Below are positions 25,983-39,686 of a stretch of DNA of 64,000 nt, in pieces. Origin of the DNA: Paragordius varius. Lineage: Eukaryota > Animalia > Nematomorpha. The DNA lies in assembly GCA_964247055.1 (NCBI GenBank), contig OZ176058.1:248001-312000 (forward strand), written 5' to 3'. Below the pieces are notes generated by a model. It was not told the DNA's origin, did no database searches, and saw only the letters and a list, made by a program, of their open reading frames with translations. A program made the position numbers and the translations under genes. Numbering within the stretch: position 1 is the first letter of the stretch; each line of letters starts with the position of its first letter.

Positions 25983-28900
25983 TTTTATAAATAAAAAATA
26001 TATATATATTTTATACATGAAAAAAAATTAATAATTATTAGAATTTTATTAATTTTATAAAATATCAAAAATATTAAAATTTAAATATATATATATTATT
26101 TTTTATAAATAAAAAATATATATATATTTTATACATGAAAAAAAATTAATAATTATTAGAATTTTATTAATTTTATAAAATATCAAAAATATTAAAATTT
26201 AATTTTAATAAAATTTATAATTATATATATATATATATATAAATATACTTTTTTTGTTAAATTTCTAAAATGAAAGTTTTTTATTAATATAATTTTCAAA
26301 TAAAATAAAATTAAAAAAAAATTTTGAGTACAAATATAATTATTTTATGAGAAAAAAAGATTTTCCAAAAATTAAAAAAAAATAGCCAAAAAATATAAAA
26401 TAAATAATTAAAATATTATAAAGAATTAAATATTTATTTATAAATATTACGACAACCACGGCTTTATAATATTGAATATGCATGAATACTTTTTTAATTT
26501 TAAATTAATAACTTTAAAATAAATTAAAAAATAAAAAATCTTAATTTTATTTGAAAATGCAAAAAAAATTAAATTAAATAAAATTAAATAATTAAAATAT
26601 TATAAAAAAAATTAAATTTTTTTTTATAAAATAATTAAAAAATTATTAAAAAAAATATAAAAATTATTTTTTAATTATAATTCTCTTACGACGTCCACGG
26701 CTTTAGAATTTTTATTAAAATTACAATATATAATACAACCTTTTTTTAAAAAAATTAGATTTTTTTTATTAAATTTAATTAATATTTTTTATTCAAATTA
26801 ATAAGATTCTTTGACAACAGCCACGGCTTTAGAATATTCATTTAAAAAAATTACAAAAATTAAAAATTTTGAAACTATAATATACTTTTAAAAAAAAATT
26901 CAAAAAAATAATTGAAAAAATAAAAAAATTATAAAAAAAATATTTTTTTAATATTTTTATTTAAAATTCTCTTACGACAGCCATAGCTTTGAAATATTCA
27001 TTTTTAATTTAAATAATTAAAAAAAAATTATTTTATTTAAATAAATTAAATGAATTATAAAAAAATTTTTCATAAAAATTAAATAAAAACTAAAAAACAA
27101 AAAAATTAAAATATTTATTATAAAAATAAAAAATTAAAAAACAACTTTATAAAAATTAATTAAAAAAAATTAAAACAAATTTATAAAAATTAAAAAAACT
27201 AAAAAATTAAAATATTTTTTAAAAAATCCCTAAATTTAATAATTTATAATAAAAAAAATTAATTTTTTTATAAAATTAAATTTTTTTATTTCAGGATTCT
27301 CTTACAACAACCACAGCTTTAAAATATTCATTTTAAAAAAATTATTTTAAAATATAAAAAAAATTAAAATTTTAAACTGTAATATAAACTTTATTAAAAT
27401 TTAAAAAAAAATTATTATTAATATTAATATTTAAATTTAAAATATTCAAAATTCTGAAAAAATATAATTATTATATTATTTTATTAAAAAATTAATTATT
27501 TAAATTAAAAAACATTTTCCAAAAAAAATTAAATAATTAAAAATTAAATTTACAAAAAATAAAAAAATTAATATTTTCAAAATTATTAAAAAAATTATAT
27601 TTTCCAAAATTAAAAAAATAGTTATCTTAAAATTATTTTAAAAAAACCCTTAAATAAAAAATTAAAAAACTTATAAAAAATATTTTTTCCATTGTAGTTC
27701 TCAGAAAAATTAAAAATAAAATCAAAAAGACCTTTTCAAAATTTTAAAAAATTTATATTTTCATTTATAAAATCTTACGGAATATTGAATATTTTATTTT
27801 GAAAAAATTTAAAAAATATATATTTTTTATTTAATTAAAATAAAAAATTATAAAATAAAAAAATTAAAAAAATATTTTTTATTTATAATTCTTACGACAG
27901 CCACGGCTTTAGAATATTGATTTTCAATTTTAATATTTAAATTAAAATTATAAAAAAATTTAATTAAAAAAATTTATAAATTTCTAAATAAAATAATCTT
28001 TTTATTTAATTAAAATTTTAAAAAAACTAAATAATTTAAAATTAAAAATATATTAAAAATTATAAAATCAAAAAGATAATTTCAATAATTTTAAAAAACA
28101 TTTCAATTCAAAAAAAATTTAGGTATAAATTTTTTTTTATTTTTTTATAAATATATAAATATTATTATTTTTATTTAATAATCTTAAGACAGCCACAGCT
28201 TTAGAATATTAAATATTTTTATAATATTTATTAAAATCACTAAGATAAATACAAATAAAAAATTATAAAATTAAATATTAATAAGAAATTCTTTAATTTA
28301 AAAATTAAAAAAATATTGATTTTTCATAAAAAATTATTTAAAATTTTTAAAATATAAAATAAATTATTAATATATATATTTTTTTAATTTTAAATTCTTT
28401 TATTTAATTTAATAATTTAAAATAAAAAATTTATAATAAATTAAATTATTTCTTTAAAAAATATAAAAATTTAAATTATTAATTTAAAAAAATTCTTACA
28501 ACAGCCACAGCTTTAGAATACTGAATTTCTATTGGAGTCATAACTGCAAAATACGCCACGTTTGCTAAAACATAAACGATGGTAACTAACGGTAAGCTTA
28601 TATAAATGGCACGGGGTAGATTTCTAAAAAAATATTAAAATTTTTTAAAATATAATTAAATTAATTATTTTTTAAAAATTGAAAATAATATAACAAATTT
28701 TGTATTAAAATTGTTTAAAAACCTTAAAATATATTATTTTATTAAAATCAGCTGTTTTTTTAAAAAAATTGAAAAACAGCTGTTTTTTTAAAAAATAAAA
28801 TTTTTAAATTATATTTGAAAAAATAAAGAATTCTTATTTGTATATAAATATTTTATATAATCATGAAAAATATTCAATTAATGAACAGCTGTTTCAAAAA

Positions 28901-30926
28901 TATGAAACAAACAGCTGTTTTTTCAAAAAAATAAGATTTTATATTTAAAAAATATGCAACGTCTGCTAAAACATAAACGATGGTAACCAGAGGTAAACTT
29001 ATATAAATAGCACGGGGTAGATTTCTATAAAATAATTTATAAATATTAATAAAACAGCTGATTATAAAAAAATTTTAAATAATATATATATATATTATAT
29101 TTATATAAATTATATATAATTAAATAGATTGCTCTGAAAAATAATAAACTAATGAAAACAGCTGTTTTGAATAAAGAAAATTATAAAACAGCTGATAAAA
29201 AAATATAAAAATATTATTGAACTAAAATATTAAAAATAGAAATCATATTTATACATTAATATGCTAAAAAATTATAAATTATGAAAACAGCTGATTTTTA
29301 TTCAAATTTTTAATTATAATATTAGGAAATATTTAAGTAATTTCATGTTGTTTTAAAAAATATTTTTATTGAAAATAAAAAATATGCCACGTTTGCTAAA
29401 ACATAAACGATGGTAACTAACGGTAAGCTTATATAAATGGCACGGGGTAGATTTCTATAAAAAATATTTTTAGGAAATTTAATTATTTAAATTATTATAT
29501 GATTATAAAAAAATTAAATTGGTGAGAACAGCTGTGTCTAATTAAAAAAATATAAAAACAGCTGTTTTTTCAAAAAAATAATAAAATTAAAAAAATATGC
29601 CACGTTTGCTAAAACATAAACGATGGTAACTAATGGTAAGCTTATATAAATGGCACGGGGTAGATTTCTATGAAATTAAAAATTATTTAAAATTAAATAA
29701 TTTTTTTTATAAAATAATTAAAAATTAATTATTTTAATAAATATATAATTAAAAAATTTCGCTCTGAAAAAAAGTTTATTAATAGCTATTTTTTAAAAAT
29801 ACAATAACAGCTGATTACAAATAAAAAATTATTAAATTAATCAGCTGTTTTTAATAAAAATTTAATGAAAACAGCTGTTTCTAATAGAGTAAAATTAAAA
29901 ATTAATATATTAGGCAAATTTTGCATAATTATTTCATTTTAAATAAAAATTTCAAAATTAATAAATATGCCACGTTTGCTAAAACATAAACGATGGTAAC
30001 CAGCGGTAAGCTTATATAAATGGCACGGGGTAGATTTCTATAAAATAATTTATAAATATTAATAAAACAGCTGTTAATCATCATTTTTAAATAATTTTAA
30101 TTTTTTATTTATAAATATATATATATATAAATTTTTTGAAATATATTATTTATTCATTAAAAACAGCTGGTTTCTAAAATTAAATCGCATATAAATTTTT
30201 TTAATAAATATTTTTGATTGTAAGTAACGGTAAGTTTAGATAAATGGTACGGGGTAGATTTTTATAAAATAATTTAAATTAAAAAAAGTTTAATTATATT
30301 AATTTTTAAATATTGAAATATATAATAAAATTGTTTTAAAAATCTTGAAATATATTAATTTATTAAAATCAAAAATAAATTGATAAAAAACTGATAAACA
30401 GCTGATTAGAAATTAATTTATTATTAAATTATATTTAAAATGTTATATTTAAATTTTATATTATTATGAAAAAAAATTAATGAAAACATATGTTTCTAAT
30501 TTAAAAAAATGAAAACAGCTGTTTTTTCAAAAAATGAGATTTTAAAGTTAAAAAAATACGCCACGTTTGATAAACGCAAACGATGGTAGGTAAACTTATA
30601 TAAATGGCACGGGGTAAATTTCTATAATATAAAAAATTATTTTTTAAATAAAATTATTAATTTAATTAAAAAAAAATATTTTTTGAAATACAAATATTTA
30701 AATTTTTTAAAAAATTATAAATTTATATAGAAAAAAATAAAAAATTTTATATTTAATGCTCGAGGGCTGTTGATATATTTAAAAAATAATTTTAAAAAAA
30801 AATTAAAATAAAACTTATTTTATTTAAATAGATAAATAAATAAATTATTTTATTTATAAAAAATATAAATCTTAATATAAATTTTTTGATTTTTTTTAAA
30901 AATATCTCATAAAACTGTAAAATTTG

Positions 30927-30962
<36 letters not shown>

Positions 30963-33900
30963 ATTATACTAATTTATTAAAATAGCAAAAAAAACTTTTT
31001 ATGATAAAATAATTTAATTTTTTATTATATTAAAAAAACTCTGAAAATTTGAATTTTTATAATTATAATATTTTTTAGATAATTTAAATTATAATATATT
31101 CTATTTTTCAAAAAAATAAAATTTTTTCAACGCTATATTAAATTAATATTTTTTGGCATTTAAGGATTTATAAAATTTTATAAAAAAAGTTTAAAAATTA
31201 ATTTTTATAAATATATATTTTAAAAATTATTTTTATATAAAAATATATATTCTATAAAAATATGGTTAATTATAAAAAAAACTATAGAGAATCAAAAAAT
31301 CAAAATATTAAAATTAATAAATTTTGTATTTTATAAAAAATTAAAATAAAATATTATAATATAAATAATATGGATTAAATATTTTAAAAAAAAATTAAAA
31401 TAAAATATTATATAATTAAAAAAATAATAAATAAAAAACTAAAAATTTATAAAAAAAATTTTTTTTATAAAATATTTAATAATTTGTAAATAATTTTTAC
31501 TTATAAGGATTCTTGAGCTCTTCTGTAACGAAATTCAAATAATTCCTAAATATTAAAAAATAAAAAAATATTATTTTTTAGAAAAAATATTAATTTAAAA
31601 AAAATTATAAAAAATAATTTTAATTTTAACAAAATTAAATATATTTATTAAATAAATTTTAATTTAAAAAAATAATAAAATATATAATTTAAAAAATTAA
31701 AAATATTATTTTTTTAATTTATAATTTTTCCAAATAAATTTATAAAAAATATTTTATTTAAATTATTAAAATTAAAAAAATTTCAAATTAATTAAATTTA
31801 AAAATTTTATTTAATTTTTAAATATAAAATTTTATTTAATTTATTAAAAATTAATTAATTAAAAAAATATTTTTTAATTAAATTTTATAAATAATTTATT
31901 TAATAAATAAATTTAAATTTTATTTAATTAATATTTTTTAAAAAAATTAAATTTATTAAAATAATTAAATATAAATTACCATCCAGCATAAGAAAATAAT
32001 CCGGAATAGAAAGAAATAATAAAATAAATATAAAAAATGGAAAATATTATTTTATTAATTAAATTAATTTATAGAATATTAAAATAAATTAAATTTAATT
32101 AATGTAATATTTATATAAAAATATTTTTTTAATTAATTAATAAAATATTTAATATTTTATTAATTAACTTAAATTTAATATATTTAAAAAAAAATTTCAT
32201 AGTAATTAAATTTAATATTTTTTTTTGAATTTTAAAATATTTATTATTTATTAAAAAAAATTTCAAATTAATTAAATTTAATATTTTTCTTAAAATTTTA
32301 AATTTTTAATTTAAAAATAAATATTAATTTAAAAATAAACAATTAATAAATTAAAAATATTATTAATTGTTTAATTAATTAAATTTTTAAATAAATTATA
32401 ATTTTTTAAATTAAATTTTATAAATTAATTTAAATAAATTTTAATTTTTCAAAAAATAATTTTTCAAAAATTTAAATAAATTACCATCCAGCATAAGAGA
32501 ATAAACCAGAATAGAAAGAAAGCGCAACGCTTGCCGGGTTTTTATTTGTGTTTCGAAACGAATTTTCAGGTAAAAGATTGCTTGTGTAACCTTTAATGAA
32601 AAATAAAATTAATGTAACTATCTATAAGGATTATGTGGCTATCTATAAAAGTTATGTAACTATCTATGAGAATTAACTTTTATAGATGTTTACATAAATT
32701 GTTTACATTAATTCTCATAGATAATTACATGAATATTATTGAAACATTTTTATAGATGTTTACATAACTTTAATAGATATTTACATTAATTCTCATAGAT
32801 AGTTACATTAATTCTCATAGATAGTTTCATTACTCATAGATACATACATTATTTATATAGATTATTACATTTTTATACTTGAATACAATATATATATATA
32901 TATATATATAAGTGTTGTGTAAGTCTTTATAATTTTTTTTAAAATTTAAAATTAAGGTTTTTATTTGTGTTTCGAAATGAATTTCCGGGCAAAAGATTGC
33001 TTGTGTAACCTTTAATGAAAAATTAATGTAAACATCTATGAGATTTTATGTAAGTATCTATGAAAGTTATGTGGCTATCTATAAGAATTAATGTAACTAA
33101 CTATAATATTTAGGCAATATCTATGAGAATTTATAAAAGTGTTATGTAATTATCTATAAAAGTTATGTAAATATCTATGAGAATTAATGTAAATATCTAT
33201 GCGAATTATGTAAGTATCTATGAGATTTTATGTAACCATCTATGAAAGTTTATGTGTGTAACTATCTATAAAAGTTATGTAATTATCTATGATAATTAAT
33301 GTTAATATCTATGAAAGTTATTGTAACTATCTTAGAAAGTTAATGTAACTATCTATGAAAATTTATGTACACATCTATGAAAGTTATGTAAATATCTATG
33401 AGAGTTTTGTAAGCATCTATGAATTTTATGTAAACATCTATGAAAATTGATGTAAGTTTCTATAAGATTAATGTAATATCTATGAGAATTATGCGACTAT
33501 CTATGAAAGTTGTGTAATTAACTATAAACATTAACTTTCATAGATATTTACATAATTCTCATATATGATTACATTAATCCTCATATATAGTTACATCAAT
33601 TTTTATAGAGAGTTACATAAATTTTATTGAATAACTTTAATACATGGTTACATAATTTTTATAGATGTTTACTTAAATGTCATAGATATTCAAATTAAAA
33701 GTTATGTAATTATCTATGAGAATTAAAATTTATAAAGTTATGTAATTATCTATAAAAATTGTTTGTGTTTCGAAACGAATTGCCGAGTAAAAGATTGCTT
33801 GTGTAACCTATAATAAAATTAATGTAAACATCTATGAGAATTACGTGGCTATCTATGAGAGTTATGTAAGTTTCTATTAAGTTATGTAAGTATGTATACA

Positions 33901-36900
33901 TAAAAATAAGTCACTATCTATATGAATCAATGTAAATATCTATGATAATTACTGTAAATATCTATGAAAGTTATGTAAACATTTATAAAAGTTATGTAAA
34001 CATCTATAAAAGTTATGCAACTATCTGTGAAAGTTATGTAACTATCTATAAGGATTATATGACCATGTATAAAGTTTATGTAAGTATCTATGAGAATTAT
34101 GTGGCTATCTATGAAAGTTATGTAAATATCTATAAGAATTTTGTAAGTATCTATGAAAGTTATGTACCGATCTATAAAAGTTATGTAAATATCTATGAGC
34201 ATTTATGTAACTATGTATGATAATTAATGTAAGCATCTATAAAAGTTATGTAATTATCTATAAGGTTAATGTAAACATTTATAAAGTTTATGTAAGTATC
34301 TATGAGAATTAATGTAAACATGTATGAAAGTTATATAAACATCTATAAAAATGTAAGTATCTATGAGAATTAATGTAACCTTTAATGAAAAATAAAATTA
34401 ATGTAACTATCTATGAGAATTATGTGGCTATCTATAAAAGTTATGTAAACATCTATGAGAATTAATTCTTATAGATAGTTACATTAATCCTCATATATAG
34501 TTACATCAATTTTTATAGAGAGTTACATAAATTTTATTGAATAACTTTAATACATTGTTACATAATTTTTATAGATGTTTACTTAAATGTCATAGATATT
34601 CAAATTAAAAGCTATGTAATTATCTATGAGAATTAAAATTTATAAAGTTATGTGATTATCTATAAAGATATTAAAAGATTTTTATTTGTGTTTCGAAATG
34701 AATTTTCGGGCAAAAGATTGCTTGTGTAACCTTTAATGAAAGCAAAATTAAATTAATGTAACTATCTATGAGAATTAATTTAAACATTTTATGTAACTAA
34801 CTATAAAAGTTATGTAATTATCTATGATAATTAATTCTTATAGATTGTTACATTAATCCTCATATATAGTTACATTAATTTTTATAGATAATTTGATTAT
34901 TTTTATAAATATCTACAATAATTCTCATAGATAGTTACATTAATTTTTATACATAATTAGATTATTTTTATAAATATCTACAATAATTCTCATAGATAGT
35001 TACATTAATTTTTATACATAATTAGATTATTTTTATAAATATAAACAATAATTCTCATAGATAATTACATTAATTCTCATAGATATTTACATTAGAATTT
35101 AATTTTCATAGATATTTATATAAATCTCATAAATGTTTAAATTAATTCTCATAGATGGTTACATTAATTCTCATAGTATTTACATTAGATTTAATTATCA
35201 TAGATATTGATATATTTACATAAAATTTATTGAAACATTTTATAGATGTTTACATAATTTTTATAGATGTTTACATTATTCTAATAGATAATTAAATTAA
35301 TTCTCATAGATAATTAAATAATATTTTTATATTGTAACTATAAAAAGTAAATATCTAAAAAAAATTTTGCAATTATTTATGAGAATAATTTAAACATTCT
35401 ATAAAAATGTTTTAATAAAAATTATGTAATTATTAATAAGAGTTAATGAATATATCTATGAAAATTAATGTAAACATCTATAAAATATGTAAATATCTAT
35501 GAGAAATAATGTAAGTATTAAGGAAAATTAATGTAAGATTCTATGAGAATTATGGTATGTATCTATAAAAAATGTATAAATATCTATAAGAATTTATGTA
35601 ACTATCTATGATAATTGTGTAAAAATTTATGAGAATTATTTAATTATCTATGAGAATTAATGTAAACATCAATGTAATTATAACTATGTATCAAAGTTAA
35701 TGAAACCTTAAATAAAACAAAAATTAATGTAAATTTATGAGAATTATATAAATATCTATAGAATATATATGAATTTATCTATAAAAAAGTAAGTATGAAA
35801 TTAATGTGATCTATGAGAATTATGTAAATATCTATGAAAGTTATGTAAATATCTATAAAATATTTAAAATTCTATAAAAGTTATGCAATTATCTATAAAA
35901 AATTATTTGTGTTTCGAAATGAATTTTCAGGTAAAAGATTGCTTGTGTAACCTTTAATGAAGAATTAATGTAAACATCTATGAAAATTATGTAAGTATCT
36001 AATGAGTATCTATGAGAATAAAAGAAAGTATTTATAATATGTAAAAAATATTATATTTTTCAAAACCTTTAAGGTTTAAATATTTAAATATTTTAAATAA
36101 TTATAAATTTTAAAATTATTAATTTTAATATATAATATAAATTCCATAAAAAACCATCAAAAATTAAAAAATCAATTATAAATTTTAATAAATTACTCTT
36201 TAAAAAAATAAAAATTAATTTTGAAAATAAATATAATTTTCAAAAAATATTTATCAATAAAAAATTAATAATTTTCAAAAAAAATATTTAAAAATTTATA
36301 ACTTTTAATTATAATAGTAAATAAAAATATATATTTAATGAATTTCATTTAAAATTTAAATTTTCAAAAATTATATTCATTCAAAAAAATTTATTTTTAA
36401 AAGCTTTATTATAGGTTAAATTTTATATCTTTAAAATTTTTACATATTAAATTTCCAAAATAATATAATATATTTTAATATAAAAAATATATTTATTTCT
36501 AATTTATTAAATAAAAACTCTTAAATTATAATAATATATTATTATTTAAAAAAAATTTAAAACCTTCAAAAAAACTCAAAACCTTTAAGAATAAAATATT
36601 TTCTATATTTAATATTCCTAAAATAAAATTTTTTATTAATTTATAAAAATATTTTAATTTAAAAATTTTAAATTAAAATTAATTTTTAAATATTTTACCT
36701 TTTCCAATAAAAGCAAATCCAGTCAAAATTATAACTACGAGGGCAAATAACTTTGCAATTTAAAAATTTTAATATTTTTTAAAAATAAAAAAATGAATAA
36801 TTTAAAATTTAATATATTATTATAAAATTTTTCTAATATTTTATTAATATTTTATATATATTTTAAAAAAATATACAAAAATTTAATATTTTTCAATTAA

Positions 36901-37708
36901 AAAATTAGAAAAATCTTTAAAAATATTAATAATTTATTGATTTAATATTTTTAAATTTATTAAATTATTAATTTGTATAAATACTATAAAATCTTAAAAA
37001 AGCTCTAATTTATTTAAAAAAACTCAATTATAAAATATCTTTTAAAATTTTATTATTTTAAAAAATAATTTTTAATAAGTTATTAAAATTCTAAATTATT
37101 TCCTAAAATAAACTCAAATATTATTTAAAAATATCAAATAATTACCTTTTCCAATAAAAGCAAATCCAGTCAAAATTATAACTACGAGGGCAAATAACTT
37201 TGCAAACGTAAATAATTTTCTTTTAAAATTTAATTAATTTTTAATTTAAAATAAAAAAATTAAATAAATGTATTTTAATATGATGAAAAATATATTAATT
37301 TCTAATTTATTAAATAAAAATCTTAAATTTTAATATTATAAAAAATAAATAAATTAGCTATTAAAAAATAAAAAATATATTAAAAAATCGTAAATAATTA
37401 AAAAAACCTTTAAAGCTTTAATAATTTATTTAAGAAAATACAAAATTTAGTAAATTTAAAAAATTTTAATAATTTATTAATATATATAAAATTTATTTAA
37501 TTCAAAATCCTTAAAAATTAAAAATTAAAAAAATTTTAAAATAAATTACCTTTTCCAATAAAAGCAAATCCAGTCAAAATAATAACCACGAGGGCAAATA
37601 ACTTTGCAAACGTAATTAATTTTAAATTTAATAACTTTTTAATTTAAAATAAAAAATTATATAATTCAAATATTAAATATATTTAATAATTTATTTATTT
37701 TAAAAATT

Positions 37709-37739
<31 letters not shown>

Positions 37740-38773
37740 TAAATTAACAAAAAAATTTAAAAAAATTAGCAAAACTTAAAATTTTGAATAATTTTTATTT
37801 TAAAGATTTCTATATTTTCAAACTCAAAAAATTTAAAAATTTCCATAATTTATCAATTTAATATTTTAAAAATTTAAAAATAATTAAAAATTTTAAAAAA
37901 TTAATAAAAATAATTTAATTATTTTAAAAATATATATGTTTTAAATAAATTACTCCTTATATAAAAATAATTTATTTAAAAAAACTTAAAACAATTTAAA
38001 AATTTCAATAATTTATTTATTTAATATTTTAAATTTATTCATTATTTTTAATAATTTTTTTTAAATATAAAATATATAATAAATTTCTAATTATTTTATT
38101 AAATAAAAATCTTATAAATTTAATAATATATATTTATATTTAATATAATAATTTAATAATTTATATATATTTTAATTAAATTTATTCTAAAAATAAATTA
38201 TTTTAAAATATATTACCTTTTCCAATAAAAGCAAATCCAGTCAAAATAATAACTACGAGAGCAAATAATTTTGCAAACGTGAATGTATCTTGAACACGCG
38301 TGGCCCATTTAACATTGTAGCAATTTATAAAGGTGAGGAATACTAAAATATAAATTAATAAATATATATTTATAAAATTTTTAAAAAAAATTATATATAT
38401 ATATATATAATTATATAGTTTGAAATGAATTTTTGAAAAAAAATATAAAGATAAAAATTTTATACTTTTAAAAAAAATGTTTCTTTATTTAATATTATAT
38501 ATTATTTAATATATTTTTATATATTAAATTTTATATATATATAATATATATAAAGATTTCATTTAACATTGTAACAATTTATGAAGGTTAGAAATACTAA
38601 AATATTTAAAATATAAATTAAAATAAAATTTTATAAAAAAATATTAAATTAAAAATATATTTTATTAAATTTATTAGTAAAAAATAATTTTTAATAATAA
38701 AATTAAATTTTTAATATATATATATATATATATTATAAAATTGTAAAAATATTTATTTATAAATATAAAATAT

Positions 38774-38816
<43 letters not shown>

Positions 38817-39094
38817 TTTTAAATTAAAAAATATTTATATATATAAATAGATAAAAATTTAACATTGTAGCAATTTATGAAGGTTAGGAATACTAAAATA
38901 TAAAATAAAATTTAAAATCATATTTTTTAAAAAAATATTTATTTTTAATTATTTAATTTATATTATATATATATTTTAATTATTTTATTAATTTTAAATA
39001 AAATATATATTAATTAAAAATTATGTTTAAATAAATTTTTGAAAAAAAATATTAAAGATAAAAATTTTATACTTACTTAAAAAAATGTTTTTTT

Positions 39095-39156
<62 letters not shown>

Positions 39157-39278
39157 GAAATATATTAAATAAAAAAATAAAAAAATTTTTAAGATAAAAA
39201 ATTAAACATTGTAACAATTTATCGTTAGAAATACTAAAATAATATGTTTTAAATTAAAAAAAAACAATTAAAAAAATG

Positions 39279-39318
<40 letters not shown>

Positions 39319-39645
39319 GTAAAAAAAAATTTTTAATTATATAAATATTTATTTTATACTTTTAAAAAAATGTTTCTTTATTTAATATATTTTTAAATTT
39401 ATTTATATGTATATATAAAGATTTCAATTAACATTGTAGCAATTTATGAAGGTTAGAAATGCTAAAAAAAAAATTAAATTTAAAAAAAATAAATATTTTT
39501 AAAAAAAATGTTTTTTATATTGAATATATATATATATATATATATTAAAATTAAATTATCTTAATTATAAAATAATATATTTATTTAAAATAAATATAAT
39601 TTTAAAAATAATATTTATTTTTTAATAATTAAAAAAATATTTCTT

Positions 39646-39686
<41 letters not shown>

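Noticed and set aside
28953-30625. Repeat-spacer appearance resembling a CRISPR array (also 60460-62370)
   Set aside because: The repeats are exon fragments with splice sites, the spacers are long, variable and mutually related AT tracts, the context is eukaryotic, and no cas genes are visible.
33927-34220. Overlapping 91/92-aa ORFs on both strands
   Set aside because: A stop-free stretch of the 21-bp (7-codon) minisatellite.
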